Shown here one piece after another: positions 27,733 to 39,799 of a stretch of DNA of 64,000 nucleotides. The stretch is from Vicugna vicugna (Eukaryota). The stretch covers positions 1,207,159-1,271,158 of the forward strand of contig MU061579.1 in the NCBI GenBank assembly GCA_013265495.1. The letters are read 5' to 3'. Made by a program: the position numbers and the translations under genes. Below the pieces are notes generated by a model. The model was not told the origin of the DNA and made no database searches. It saw only the letters and a program-made list of their open reading frames with translations. How positions within the stretch are numbered: position 1 is the first letter of the stretch; each line of letters opens with the position of its first letter.

Positions 27733-28879
27733 CAAAACAGAAACAGACTCATAGACATAGAATACAAACTCGTGTTTGCCTAGGGTGCAGGGGGGTGGGA
27801 AGGGACAGACTGGGATTTTAAAATGTAAAATAGAAAAACAAGACAACACTGTAAAGCACAGGGAAATATATACAAGATCTTGTGGTAGCTCATAGTGAAA
27901 TAAAAATGTGACAATGAATATATGTATGTTCATGTATAACTGAAAAATTGTGCTTTACACTGGAATTTGACACAACATTGTAAAATGACTATTGCTCAAT
28001 AAAAAATCTTAAAAAAAAAAAATTTAAAAATTTAAAAAAGACAGTTTCTACACAAAAAGCTGAAATGCTCAGGTCAAGCAGGACTGACAAGTGGTAACTA
28101 ACAGTAACTCAAATTGCATTATTTAGTATACCTTATTCTTATTTCCCCCACTATGTGTTTGAAAGAAAACCCAGACACCTTAAATTTTGACTTAATCTTA
28201 TATGTATAGCACATGTTAGCCATAAAAATGTAAATATTGTATCTAGAAGTTGATTGTTTCTAACAAATTTTTGGATTCTTCAGCAAAAACATTATATACA
28301 CTACTAACTAGTTTGACTATTTATTGTCTTTTAGAGTGGCCAGCCCATTTAACATAGCAGTAATAGTGTTTTATTACTGCTCTCAGGAGTTCAGAATATA
28401 GTAGGGAAGGCAGTGCAGTAAATAAATTATTAAAAAAAAAACCAAAAACAAAAAACCCCTAGGTAATTATAGTTATAGGCAAAACACATATGTTTTGATA
28501 AGTTTTAAAAAAGGCACCTAACATAGCCAACATCACTGAAATTAAAGATGCTTTTGCAGTTGCTGGTTTATATGAACTAGCTTAATGAGAATGAGTGCAC
28601 AGGTTTGCGTAGGGTTGGGAGAAACATATGTTCAAGGGAAAATGAATACCATCTGCAATTCTCAGAAGAGGAATGAGTCATTAATTATAAATGAAGCCTG
28701 GAGTCTGAGGGTAAAAATAATATAGCTGCATTACTGGAGCACTGGTTATGATGCTATCATGAAATATCTCATAAACATCCTAATTGGTATGGAAGAGTTC
28801 ACACAGATGAGTGGAATGAAACCCTCTCCATATTAGAACAATTTCACTAATAAAATATGTGGACAAGAGAGCAGAGTTA

Positions 28880-29720
28880 TAGCTCAAAAAATTTGATAAA
28901 CCAGATGAAAAGGATAAATGCATAAAAAAATACAACCTTCTAAGACAGAAATAAGAAGAAACAAGAAACTTGAACACGTCAATAACAAAGAGATTAAATC
29001 AGTAATCAAAAATCTCCTGAAAAACATAATCCCTTTGCCAGAAGGACATACTGGTGAATTATACCAAATAATTAAAAAAGAATAATTAATGCCAATATTT
29101 CTCAAAATCGTCAAAAAAAGAGGAGGGAAGACTTCCAAATTCATTTTACAAGGGCAGTGTTATTCTGATACCAAAGCCAGGGAAGGACATTATGAGAAAA
29201 TAAATTTATAGAATAATATCCTTGATGAATATAGATGCAAAAATCGTCAACAAAATACCAGCAAACTGAGATCAGCAATACATTAAAATGATGAAACATT
29301 ATGATTAAATGGGATTTATTCCAGAGATGCAAGGATGGTTCAGCGTCCACAAATCATTAAATGTGCTACACCACAGTAATAGAGTGAAAGACAAATATCA
29401 TACGATCATTTCAACTGATGCAGAAAAAGCATTTGATAAAATTCAACATCCCTTCATGGTTAAAATTCTCAACAAACTGTGTATTGAGGAAATGTACTTC
29501 AACATTATAAAGACAATATATGACAAGCCCACTGCCATCATCATACTCAACAGTGAAACAGTGAAAACTTTTCCTCTAATATTAGGGGAAATAGGATGCC
29601 CACTCTCACCGCTGTCATTCAGTGTAATATTGGAAGGTCTATCCAGAGAAATTAGTCAATAAAATGAAAAAAAAGGCATCAAAACTAGAAAGAAAGAAGT
29701 AAAATTGTCACCAGATATGA
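28880..29720 (+). mobile_element. Older L1M ORF2 fragment (reverse transcriptase N-terminal half)
   Basis: ORF 29309..29662: [38 protein letters not shown]. Much more diverged than the 3736-7407 copy. Confidence 0.9.
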
Positions 29721-30029
29721 AGAGAATTGGACAAATGCAAGTAATACGAAGAATTCAGAACTGATTGAGCTTTGTTGAGGGATGGAGGATTAAATATAGC
29801 AGATGAGTGAAAATCTGAATTTTGCTTAGGAATCTATGTACATAAAGAAGCAATCCCACATAATAGAGAATACAAAAGGAGAAGAAAGTATTAGAAAAAG
29901 TCAAGTAATAAATACAAATTTGGACATTATGAATCTGTCTGCTTATGAGAGAAACAGGATCAGAAGTCTAATGTGCTTACAGGAATAAAACAGACAAAAA
30001 CAAAACAAAAAGATTGAGCTCTTTGGAAA

Positions 30030-30650
30030 AATTACCAGAAAAAATCCTAGAAATAAAACTTATAATTGTTTAATTATACAAATATCAGAGAATAGAACAC
30101 GTGAAAAATGATTTCAGAAGGGAGAACTGACATGCAAATAGTAATGTAGAACATAATGATAAAGGTAAAATGATAAAGGTAACTGTATCGGTAGAAGTAC
30201 CCAAGGAATGATCACATCAAAACCATGATAATAACGTAAGATTTGGGGGGAAATTGGGAAGGTATAGAATGAGATACTGGACAACAATTGAAAAAAAAAG
30301 TTTCAAAGAGCTGACAGAATAAAATTATTACCTTCACTATCAACAATGTGAGTAAAAAATGCTGGCAAATTCAAACTTTAAGTATTCGTGTTTAAATAGC
30401 TAGGGCTATCAGAACAACATGAGGGTAAGAGTTTCTAACTTTCAGAAAACGTAAGAAGAATAAATGGAATGAGCGAAAAAGGGAGGAAGGACCCCTCTAT
30501 CTGTAAAAGTAAAAGGCAAGAAAGAAGAGAAAGTGGGCAATGGAAAGCATATAATAAAATAGTAGAAGTAAAATTGAATGCATCAGAAATCATAGTTCAT
30601 GTAAATGTAATAACCTTTCCAATTTTATCAGTAAAGTTTCAAACAGAACA
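30030..30650 (+). mobile_element. Ancient L1M fragment reaching the ORF2 start
   Basis: AATAAAATAGTAGAAGTAAA..ATCAGAAATCATAGTTCATGTAAATGTAATAACCTTTCCAATT resembles the decayed ORF2 start (SIITLNVNGLN.PI). Confidence 0.45.
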
Positions 30651-30654
30651 CAGG

Positions 30655-31065
30655 TGATTTCTCAACTTACGAGAACTTGAGGAAGGTTTATTTATAATTG
30701 GAGAATTTACAAAATAATGTTTGAGGGTAAAGCAGCTCAAGGAATAGTGCAGTTACTAGAAATCAGTATCTTTGAAACCCATTACCTCTAGGTTCAACAG
30801 TCTAGGTGTGGGAAAAATTAGTGTGAGGAAAGATTTCTGTTGAGAAGGCCTCCTTGAGTGTTCTTCAGGGTAATGTTTCAAAGATGTAGCCTTCACTCTC
30901 CTCGTCACCCTGTGATCTACTGGGGTTTCTCATTGACTGACCCAAATAGAAACCAGTGGTCAAGAATCTTTGGATGGACTCCACAAAGATCAACCTTCCA
31001 ATATGGAGAGCAGGAGGAGAAGGATGAAGAGTTCGTCTGCAGAGGCAAAAGAGCTATCGTGTCCA
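30655..31065. mobile_element. Ancient MaLR-like LTR
   Basis: CTCATTGACTGACCCAAATAGAAACCAGTGGTCAAG..AGATCAACCTTCC..GAGAAGGATGAAGAG..AGAGGCAAA resembles recalled old MLT1 LTR ends. Confidence 0.5.
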
Positions 31066-32339
31066 TTTTTAATGTCTAATTTAATTAAATTTTAGAATTG
31101 TTAACTACACCTTGTTAGAAAAACATTACTTGCTTAATATTTAATTAATTGTACTTAGGTACATTCCAGCAAAATATTAAAGCAAATGTATAGGGTCCAC
31201 CAAATAACAAATAAAGCTGATTCATTTTTTCAGAAAATGCAGATTATGGCTGAAAGTATTTCATCCCAAATGTGGTCTGCATAAGAATTAAAAGCAAAAA
31301 TATCTGACATTTTGTTTTCAGTAACTGCCAATACAATATGTTCCATGGATTAGAGCTCCAATAGAAAGTAGCTTTGGCCAATATCTAAGGTCCAGTGAAT
31401 TCTTCTTATTCCAGTGAGAGTATGTTAAGAATGTTACTTCCTTTGCTTCTTTGACCCCTGCCTTACCCTACTGCTGGATAAACTAACATGAGAAATGCTT
31501 CCATAGGGGCTGGTGGTTGTGACACACATGCTGTTATCACTTCAGTGTGAGGTGAGACTATTCAAAACCATAAGTCAACAATATTGTTGGGGATCAAAGA
31601 AAAAAAAAAAACCCAAACCTGGCAAATCTGACTTGATTGATGTTGGAGTATAATGGAATGGTGCCACGTAGTCTCACAATAACCCTGGGATAGCAGCAAG
31701 ATAAACTAAAGTCACACTAGGCATCCTTAAAGATGATGATAAGTACAAAAAATCCCTTTAGGCTGGAATTCCTTACATAAAGTTTGTGTTTCCAATATAA
31801 AGTTTTCTTTCTCTCTGTCTCTCTGTTTTTGTTTTTGTTTTTTTTGTTTTTTGTTTTTTTTTGGTCAGAGAGTCTTTCTCCATCAGAGGAGTTTTCTAAT
31901 GTTAGAGCAGTAACATTCCCTTTCTTCTTTCTTTGCTTTCCTCATTGGCCACTGAACAAGATTTACTGAGAAGATTTGAACTATCTATATTTGTGCACTG
32001 TTGTCTGGCTACATGCGTAACTTTAGTCTTAAGTTTCTTTCAACACCAAGAGAAACATCCTCTTGGAAATTAATCTCATCAATATCAGCAAAGTCACTGG
32101 AAATCTTCACAAAACCTGATTTAGTATTAAAGACAACATGACACGAGTTCAGGTAGGTTTCGTATTCATTTATAGATGAACGGCAATATCAAAACGATGC
32201 ACTTGTATGCAAGCCACTGTACAATATGGGGCTGTCAGACTCATTTTTTTCTAAAAGACATACCAGGGACACCCAAAGATGATAATAGCAGTACGTTTTT
32301 TTTCTTTAATCAGTGAGTTGAATATACTAGTGGTATCAA

Positions 32340-32702
32340 TGTATTCATTTGCAAGGGTTGTTGCCTGGGGTCTTAAACCACAATGATTTTTTCCCCCACA
32401 GTTATGGAAACTAGAAGTATGAGATCAAAGTGGCAGTAGATTTTGTTTCTACTGAGGCCTCTCTCCTTGGCTTGCAGATGGCTGCCTTCTCCCTGGGCCC
32501 TCACGAGGTCTGTCTTGTGTTCTTGTGCATCCTGAAGCCTCTTCTTCTTGGAAGGACACCAGTCATATTGGATTAGGGTCCCACTCTTATGACCTCATTT
32601 AATCTGAATTATGTCTCTGAAAGACCCTATTTCCAAATACAGTCATACTGGGAGTTAATGCTTTAACATGGACTTGGGAAGTACACAATTCAGTCCATGA
32701 TA
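32340..32702 (-). mobile_element. MLT1-type MaLR solo LTR
   Basis: CACAGTTATGGAAACTAGAAGT..GCCTCTCTCCTTGGCTTGCAGATGGCTGCCTTCTC..GGACACCAGTCATATTGGATTAGGG..CACAATTCAGTCCAT. Confidence 0.85.
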
Positions 32703-33421
32703 GTTTTTAATAAACTATTCATTTTTAATCTTATGACAGTGAACTGTTGTATAAGATTTAAAGACATGGAATACATCTTTCCAATTTCTGTTGTCCTACT
32801 AGTAAGTATCTTATTTAGCACAACAATTGTGTCCTAATCAAGAGTGTCCAAGGGCTTTTTTGCTCCAAGCATTCGACCACTTTGAATCCCCAGGCAAAAG
32901 AAAGGGCTTCCTAATTTACTTTTACACACAGCTTTTGAGGTAATTATCTTCTTGAGGGAGATTTTCTCTGCTAGGTAGTCTCAGTGAATTTGGACTCTGT
33001 AATCTCTCCCTGGAAATAATTATCTCTCTAACTTATTGAGGAATCAGTGAAAATGTAAGTGAAACAAAAGAAGAAAATACACAAGCCACATCTGTTGAAG
33101 TAGTTGAACATGCTTTGAACTAAACTGAAAGGGTTAAAGAAAACAGGAAGTTCATAAAACTTTTCAACTGCACATTAGTATAGACAGGAATTTGGGAGAA
33201 TGGCATCTCAGACTCAGCTTGTTTTTTGAAGATGCACTGAGTCAACAGCAGAGGAAGTTGAGGCCAAACTGAAGAATCTCAGTCACAACTGGCCAAGGTC
33301 TACAGGTGATGAGTTACCTTCCAAAGTGAAAGTCAATGTTTGGAAAAATCAGAAAGTTCTTTAACAGTCCATGAATATTTGTATCTATACAATTTTCTCA
33401 TTTTAATCAAAACCATCACTC

Positions 33422-33615
33422 TTTTTTTTAAATTGAAGTATAGTCGATTTACAATATTGTGTTAGTCTCTGTTGTATAGCATAGTGATAGAGTTAATTAC
33501 ATGTATATGTATTTTTTCATACTCTATTTCATTATAGGTTACTACAAGATTGAATATAGTTCCCTGTGCTATACAGCAGGACCTTGTTACTTACCTTCTT
33601 TATACATAGTAGTTA
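33422..33615 (-). mobile_element. 5'-truncated cetartiodactyl-type L1 3' end
   Basis: Poly-T, then AATTGAAGTATAGTCGATTTACAATATTGTG..TTGAATATAGTTCCCTGTGCTATACAG. Confidence 0.88.
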
Positions 33616-33864
33616 GTTCCTGCACAGCACTCTCATCCAGAAGTCCTTCTGTCATCTTGTCATCCACCTCCCCTCTGCCCAGCAGCACCTGATTATTAGC
33701 TCAAAGAGGCAAAACTTGGAAACTCCATTCCTCATCTCTTGGAAATCACCTGGTTTCTGCCACCAGGGGCTCCCCCTGCACTTGGCCAGTCTTCTCTCCT
33801 ACCAAGACATGACCTACAGCCTGGGCCACTACTGCACATGTGATATGACTGACCCAAGCCCAAC

Positions 33865-35160
33865 TTCGATTTTTTAAAATAACTTCAACCTATATTCTTT
33901 TTCCAGAAGATACCTTTAAAAGGTAAAGACATGGAAAATTGGGAGAACAATAAATGGAAAAACATATAACAGGCAAATACCCAAAAAGAGGTCATGTATC
34001 TACAACAGTCAAACAAAGTAGACCTTGTAGCCAAAAGCATTTTTAGAAATAAGCAGGTTTACTTCATACTGATAACAAGTTTAATTCATCAGGGACTACA
34101 AAAATCTACGCTTGTATTCACTTATCATAGCCTCAAGACAGATGAGGTAAAATAGAACTTCAAAGGGAAACTGACAAGGCATTATTGTTTTGGGAGTTTC
34201 TTAGTACATTTCTCTAGATAATTAATTGAACAAGCAGATCAAAATCAATAGGGATACACATGATTTGAAAGGTGTATGAAACAGTCTTGAACAAATGAAC
34301 ACATATAGAATATAGAATATTGCACCCAATAATTGGAATTTATACATAAATATATATGAAAAGCAAGTATTTACCAAAAGCTACCTTGGTCATGTGTTAA
34401 GACTGGGTTTGAACTGATCATATTTTTTTATTGCAAATGTAACTACTTTGAATATAAGATGAAAAGAGATACAAAATACAATATCATTTGACCCAAAAAT
34501 TATTTTAAAAAATCTTCTCCCTAAAAACAAATTGTTTTATACAAGGAATAAAATGTTGGTTTTACGTTAGAAAATAGATCATTGAAATTAACCAACTTAA
34601 TGAGAGTAAAAATTGCATAATCATCTCAGTAGATGTCCTCAAAAAATTTTAAAATTCCTACCCATTCATGAATAAAAAAATGAAAATAAACAAAAAACAC
34701 TTATATTTCCAGATAAAAATAGGTGAATCCTAATGCTGTTTTTCTGGAAATGTGCTTTTGATATGAAGAGAAAAACAAAAGATATCCACTACCTCTACTT
34801 GTATGGAAGTCACTGTCTATCTTTGTAAGGCCAGAAAAGAAATAAAAGTAATGGAGAGAAGGAAAGACAGAAAACTTTCTTTACTTCTAGATGATTTAAT
34901 AGTATACATACACAAATTAATTATAATTAATAAGAAAATTTAGCAATACTGATGTATGAATTAAGTGTATAAAAATTCATTTATTTCTATACATTAGCAA
35001 CAATCCATTAGGAAATACATGTTTTAAAGGCATTTATAATTACGATAGCAACAAAATAGATAAAGTATCAGGAATAAATCTAACTAAATATATATATATA
35101 ATTTTATGAAAAATGGTTAATAAAACACACTAAAATACCTATGTAAATGAGTAAACTACT
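33865..35160 (+). mobile_element. Ancient L1M ORF2 remnants (EN and RT pieces)
   Basis: Decayed motifs AAACAAAGTAGACC, AAGGGAAACTGACAA, TAATCATCTCAGTAGATG, TAGATGATTTAATAGTATACATA, GGAATAAATCTAAC. Confidence 0.65.
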
Positions 35161-35949
35161 TTAGTCTTAAACATTTTTATATTAATTTCATACATCCTTT
35201 TGTAAGAATGATATATCACAGTAAAAAAAAAGACAGATCAGTACAGAAAGTCAAAAACAGGAACTTGCAATGTTTCAGTGAAAAAACATGGAAGAAATTT
35301 TAACAACTTATGACAACGAATTAAATACGGTGTCCCTCCTTCATATCAATGTATCAACTTTTGAAAACACACATATGTCATCAGCTGGTAAACAATCTTA
35401 ACTAAAATAGAGCTTGCTGATATTAAAAACATCCCTACTTCTTCAACTCCCAATTAATCATGCCTTTTCCTCATTATGAGTCATATCTATAACTTCCTGC
35501 CCAGCACCCAAACTCAGTTGCACCTAACCACCCATCTGGTTCATCTAGTGTGATAAAAAGTGACATTGCAGTGTAGAGTCATTTCAATTCTTCCAAAAAT
35601 CACCCCTTACCTCTGTCAGAACTTGACTTGTATTTCAATGAGAATTTTAAAAATGAGGCCATTAAGGATAAGCCACATGGGAAACTTATCCAGATACATA
35701 CAAGGAATTCAGTATGGTACAACTATATTAATAAATCCTTGATCGATTTCAAAGACAATGCATCCAGCTGTGTTTTTGATTCCCCCCATGTAAGACCTCC
35801 AAGAAAACAGCCCAAGTCCTTTCTTATCTCCCAGTTCTCCCGCATTTTTAGCTTCTCCCTCCTTCTCTCTCTCTCTCTCTGAAGCTTAACATGTTGTTTT
35901 TGTCTAATTTGAAAGGAAAAAAAAATCCACATCCTGAAACAAGCATGCC

Positions 35950-36875
35950 TTCCCAGCTGTTACCCAAGATCTCCTTGGTTGGTTTGTTTGCCACTATATG
36001 CTCAGATCCTAGAACAGTAACTGGCACTGGAAAATTGTTTGCTAAATGTGTGTTATTGATTCTTTTTCAAAGTCATGCTTCATCAAAGAATACTCTGCTT
36101 TGGCTGCCTTCCCTTCTCCTTTTCCCATTCACTCCCACTCAATAGTATCAACTCTCTAATCAAAACAGTTTCTCCTTCTTTATCATCATAGTGAATGGTA
36201 CCTCACAGACTTCCCAAATTATCCTTTCCTTCATGACCCATGACCCTCACTATCAGTCATTGCACTCCAAGACTGATTTACATATTTTGCATGTTTCATA
36301 TATGACTTCTCCTCTCCAGTTCATAAATTTTATGACCCTATTCTTTCTCAGCTGGATAAATACCTCTTTTTATTCATTTTGTATCTTACTAGCCTTACTC
36401 TGTTCATTTTACATACTGCTATTAAAGTTGCTAAGATTCAAATCATTCTGAATCAAATACTTAAGTGGTTCAGCATGTTTAATGATAAAAAGAACTAAGC
36501 ATTAGCATGTTGTGGAAAGCTGCTAGTTAGTTAATTTTGTCCAATTTCTCTAAATACATCTCCACATTCTTTTCTCAATTTAATCTTTTTGAATCATTCT
36601 GATCTTTATTTGCAGTGTTTCCTGAAGCTGCAATATTCTCTGCTTTGCTCATAGGCTGATCTTGTCTAGAACAAATAGCTACTGTTTTCACCAGGAGAAC
36701 ACTTAAAGCAATTTCCAGACTCTGGTGAAACATCTAGAAAACTTTTCCTTTCATTGTAAACCCCCATTCCTAGGCACCACCACTCTGATCTAGTGAGAAT
36801 TGACCATGCTGTAATTTGAGACTCCATCTCCATGAGGGTGGGTGGATAAACATATACTGAATGAATGATTGAAAT
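35950..36875 (+). mobile_element. L2 remnants
   Basis: Pyrimidine-rich decayed L2 ending in ATATACTGAATGAATGATTGAA. Confidence 0.5.
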
Positions 36876-37310
36876 GACAGCTTTTTTTTTTTTTGTAAAA
36901 AAAGAATACCAGAGAGGATTTGGAGGTTGCAAATGGGCATATAAATAGTTCACCTTGACTGAAGTTAAGATGATATCAAAGGAAAGGATATGAATGGTAA
37001 GATGAAGTAACAATAGAAAATCACCAAGAAAAAAATTTAGGACTTTTGCTAACATAATAAGGGATGCTGGATCTGATTCACTAAGATTCTAGGTGAAAAA
37101 TGAAGAGAGAAAAATGGAGGAACGGTCTGTAGGCATCTATGAAGAGTGAGAAAGTCACTTGCATACCTACTGGCTCAAATGATATGACAGAAAAAAAACA
37201 GTTACCATTTGAGAGAAACTTAGGGAAAATCATATCCTCAGGAGAGAGACAAGTTTCTGAGCAAGAAAAGCTGAGTACTTTGAAGAAGTTTGAGTATATA
37301 AAGAATGTTG

Positions 37311-37743
37311 CTATGAGTCTATTTCTGTTTTGTATTTATGCTTTTTTTTTTTAGGTTCCACATATGAGTGATCTCATATGGTATTTTTCTTTCTCTTTCT
37401 GGCTTACTTCGCTTAGAATGACATTCTCCAGGAGCATCCATGTTGCTCCAAATGGCATTATGTTGTCGGTTTTTATGGCTGAGTAGTATTCCATTGTATA
37501 AATATACCACCTCTTCTTTATCCAATCATCTGTTGATGGACATTTAAGCTGTTACCATGTCTTGGCTATTGTAAATAATGCTGCTATGAACATTGGGGTG
37601 CAGGTGTCATCCTGAGGTAGGGTTCCTTCTGGATATATGCCCAGGAGTGGGATTCCTGGGTCATATGGTAAGTCTATTCCTAGTCTTTTGAGGAATCTCC
37701 ATACTGTTTCCCACAGTGGCTGCACCAAACTGCATTCCAACCA
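37311..37743 (-). mobile_element. Young L1 fragment (ORF2 end and start of 3' UTR) truncated at both ends
   Basis: [49 protein letters not shown]. Homology to 27295-28034 stops at GACTCATAG. No polyA tail. Confidence 0.93.
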
Positions 37744-37866
37744 CATATCATTATGTTTCTATAGCAATTTGTGTAATGTATCAGGACAAAAAATTAACTA
37801 CCTTATGGCTAATTTTTTGCCTTGATACATTACAGAAATTGCTATAGAAACATAATGATATGTGGT
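37740..37866. repeat. 57-bp inverted repeat with 13-nt spacer
   Basis: Arms 37740-37796 and 37810-37866, with 3 mismatches by manual comparison. Confidence 0.95.
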
Positions 37867-37869
37867 AGA

Positions 37870-38050
37870 ATTTACCCAGTACAATTATTTGGGATAGTTG
37901 AAGCTATGATACGCAAGAGTTTTATTCTGCCTACACTCATCACTTTATAGTCTAATTAGGGACTATTATTCTAATTCAATTTTTTTAGCACTTTCAAAAG
38001 AAATATTAATGACTCTAGAAGCTAGCCAAGAACAATATTCAGATAGGTGA
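37870..38050 (+). mobile_element. Possible L3/CR1 remnant
   Basis: GGGACTATTATTCTAATTC..CACTTTCAAAAGAAATATTAATGACTCTAGAAG..AGATAGGTGA resembles the recalled CR1 3' RT region. Confidence 0.4.
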
Positions 38051-39277
38051 TCCCAACAGCAGTTTATAATACCTTAGCTTTCATTTCATCTATTAAGATT
38101 CTTACATTTTTAAAATCTTCAAATACTTTCAAGGGTCATTATTCGTCAACGTAAGGGATAGATACATCTCAGAAAAACTGACTGCAAAGAAATTCCTCCC
38201 CTTCCCAAAGTTCTTCTTTTCCATTGGTTGCTTAAAATGAGGTGACTTCAAAGATAAATAGTATGTATTTTCAATAAAAGTTTTTAAATGATAGTTCTCA
38301 AGGTTCAAGATTTTGAAAAATACTAGACTTAAAAAAATTATTTATAGGTACCAACACAGAAATTAGTTGCTATAACAAAATAATTTAATAGTTTATTAAA
38401 CAAAACAATTTTAAATAATGTAAAATAAACATTTAATATTAAAAATACTATTTTCTTCCCATAAAGTAGTTTTCTCAAACATGTGGTATAGAAGAGCCAT
38501 ATAATTAGAAATAGAACTCCACATGATTTTCACATGCCTGTTTCCTCCAGTTGAGGAGTTCTGTTATAAAGTGTGATGGTAATTATTGTGAAAACTTCTC
38601 CCTTTTGGATTGTGTAATTTAAATTTTAATTCTCTTTGGGTAATATTGTTATACAGTGTTAACAACGTGGTGTTAATTTACTTTTTAACCTAAAGTTTTG
38701 GTAATGTGATTAAAATAAATGTGATTAAATGACCAACTTGTTTTACTTAGTCCATATAAATTTACCTACAGAAAAATATTTTAATGTTGCAAAAAATTTT
38801 GTAATATACTCATTTGGCACTTAAAATGTAGCCTCTGTTCATAAAGCACATGGTATTTATTTCCGTAAACAATCGAAGAAGCGTTATTGCAATTCACTTG
38901 CTGAAATTTATAAAAAAAGATGATTGATTCTGAATACCTTGAGAAAAGAAATATCAGTTACTAATGTTTTCCAGGAAGAACAAAGTCAGAGAGAAATTCA
39001 TGATCAGCTGAAATGGAAAAGCACAATTTTGTGAGAAATAAAATGGCCTCACAAATCAATACCAGGATTTAAGCACTTAAGACAAATTTTGAACAATATG
39101 AAATACAGATGGAAGCATTGCATAATTATTAAATTTGGCTTGTAAGAATTGAAGTGGATCTAGAAATATACAAAGCCTTCCTTGAATTAAACTGAGTGGT
39201 CTTGGCTATAAAAAATTGTTCATGTACAGGTACATTTTCTTAGTTCTGCCCAGTCACCATGTGAAGCCCTCTAAATC

Positions 39278-39480
39278 ACTGATTCTCAATATGGGAAAAT
39301 TATGCTCTTCAGAGGACATTTAGCAATGTCTGAAGAAATTTTTCTTAATCATAACAGGGTGGGTGGCTACTGGAATCCAGTGGGTATGGGTCAGGGATAC
39401 AGCCAAGGATTCTGCAGTCTATGAAACAGTACCCTACAACAAAGAATTATCAGCGCCAATAGCTCCAAGGACAAGACATG
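39278..39480 (+). mobile_element. MER20 (hAT-Charlie) DNA transposon
   Basis: GATTCTCAA..GGACATTTAGCAATGTCTGAAGA..GCTACTGGAATCCAGTGGGTA..ACAACAAAGAATTATC. Confidence 0.85.
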
Positions 39481-39799
39481 TTTTACTTAGTAATATTGAT
39501 GAATAGGTCAATAATTGTCCCAGGAATAACTCATTTGAGTCCACAAATGAGAAGATAGTTACTTCATTCTGCTGATTTCTATTTTTTCAACAGTGTAAGA
39601 GCTTATTACACTATACCTCATTTTCTACCAAATATACGTATATGTTTATGTAAATATCAACATTTATAGTTATAAGAAACTTAATCACCATTTTAATGTA
39701 CATGGTTTTTAAGTCCTTGCTGGAATCTAATTCCAAACATTTTTATATGTAAGAAAAATGGTAATTTAGTTAAGTGACTTGGAAGAGTAGTGTACAGAG

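Larger units (their letters stand above)
25168..28034 (+). mobile_element. Near-full-5' L1 with ORF2 almost entirely missing (5' UTR, ORF1, spacer, ORF2 tail, 3' UTR, polyA)
   Basis: GC-rich 5' UTR, ORF1 at 26263-27152, junction near 27295 into CCACTGTAGAAAACAGTATGGAG, then 3' UTR and A tail. TSD AAAAAGGCAACTTCTA (25152-25167) / AAAAAGACAGTTTCTA (28035-28050). Confidence 0.95.

Noticed and set aside
30156..30183. 14-bp tandem duplication AATGATAAAGGTAA
   Set aside because: Routine slippage duplication with nothing suggesting function.
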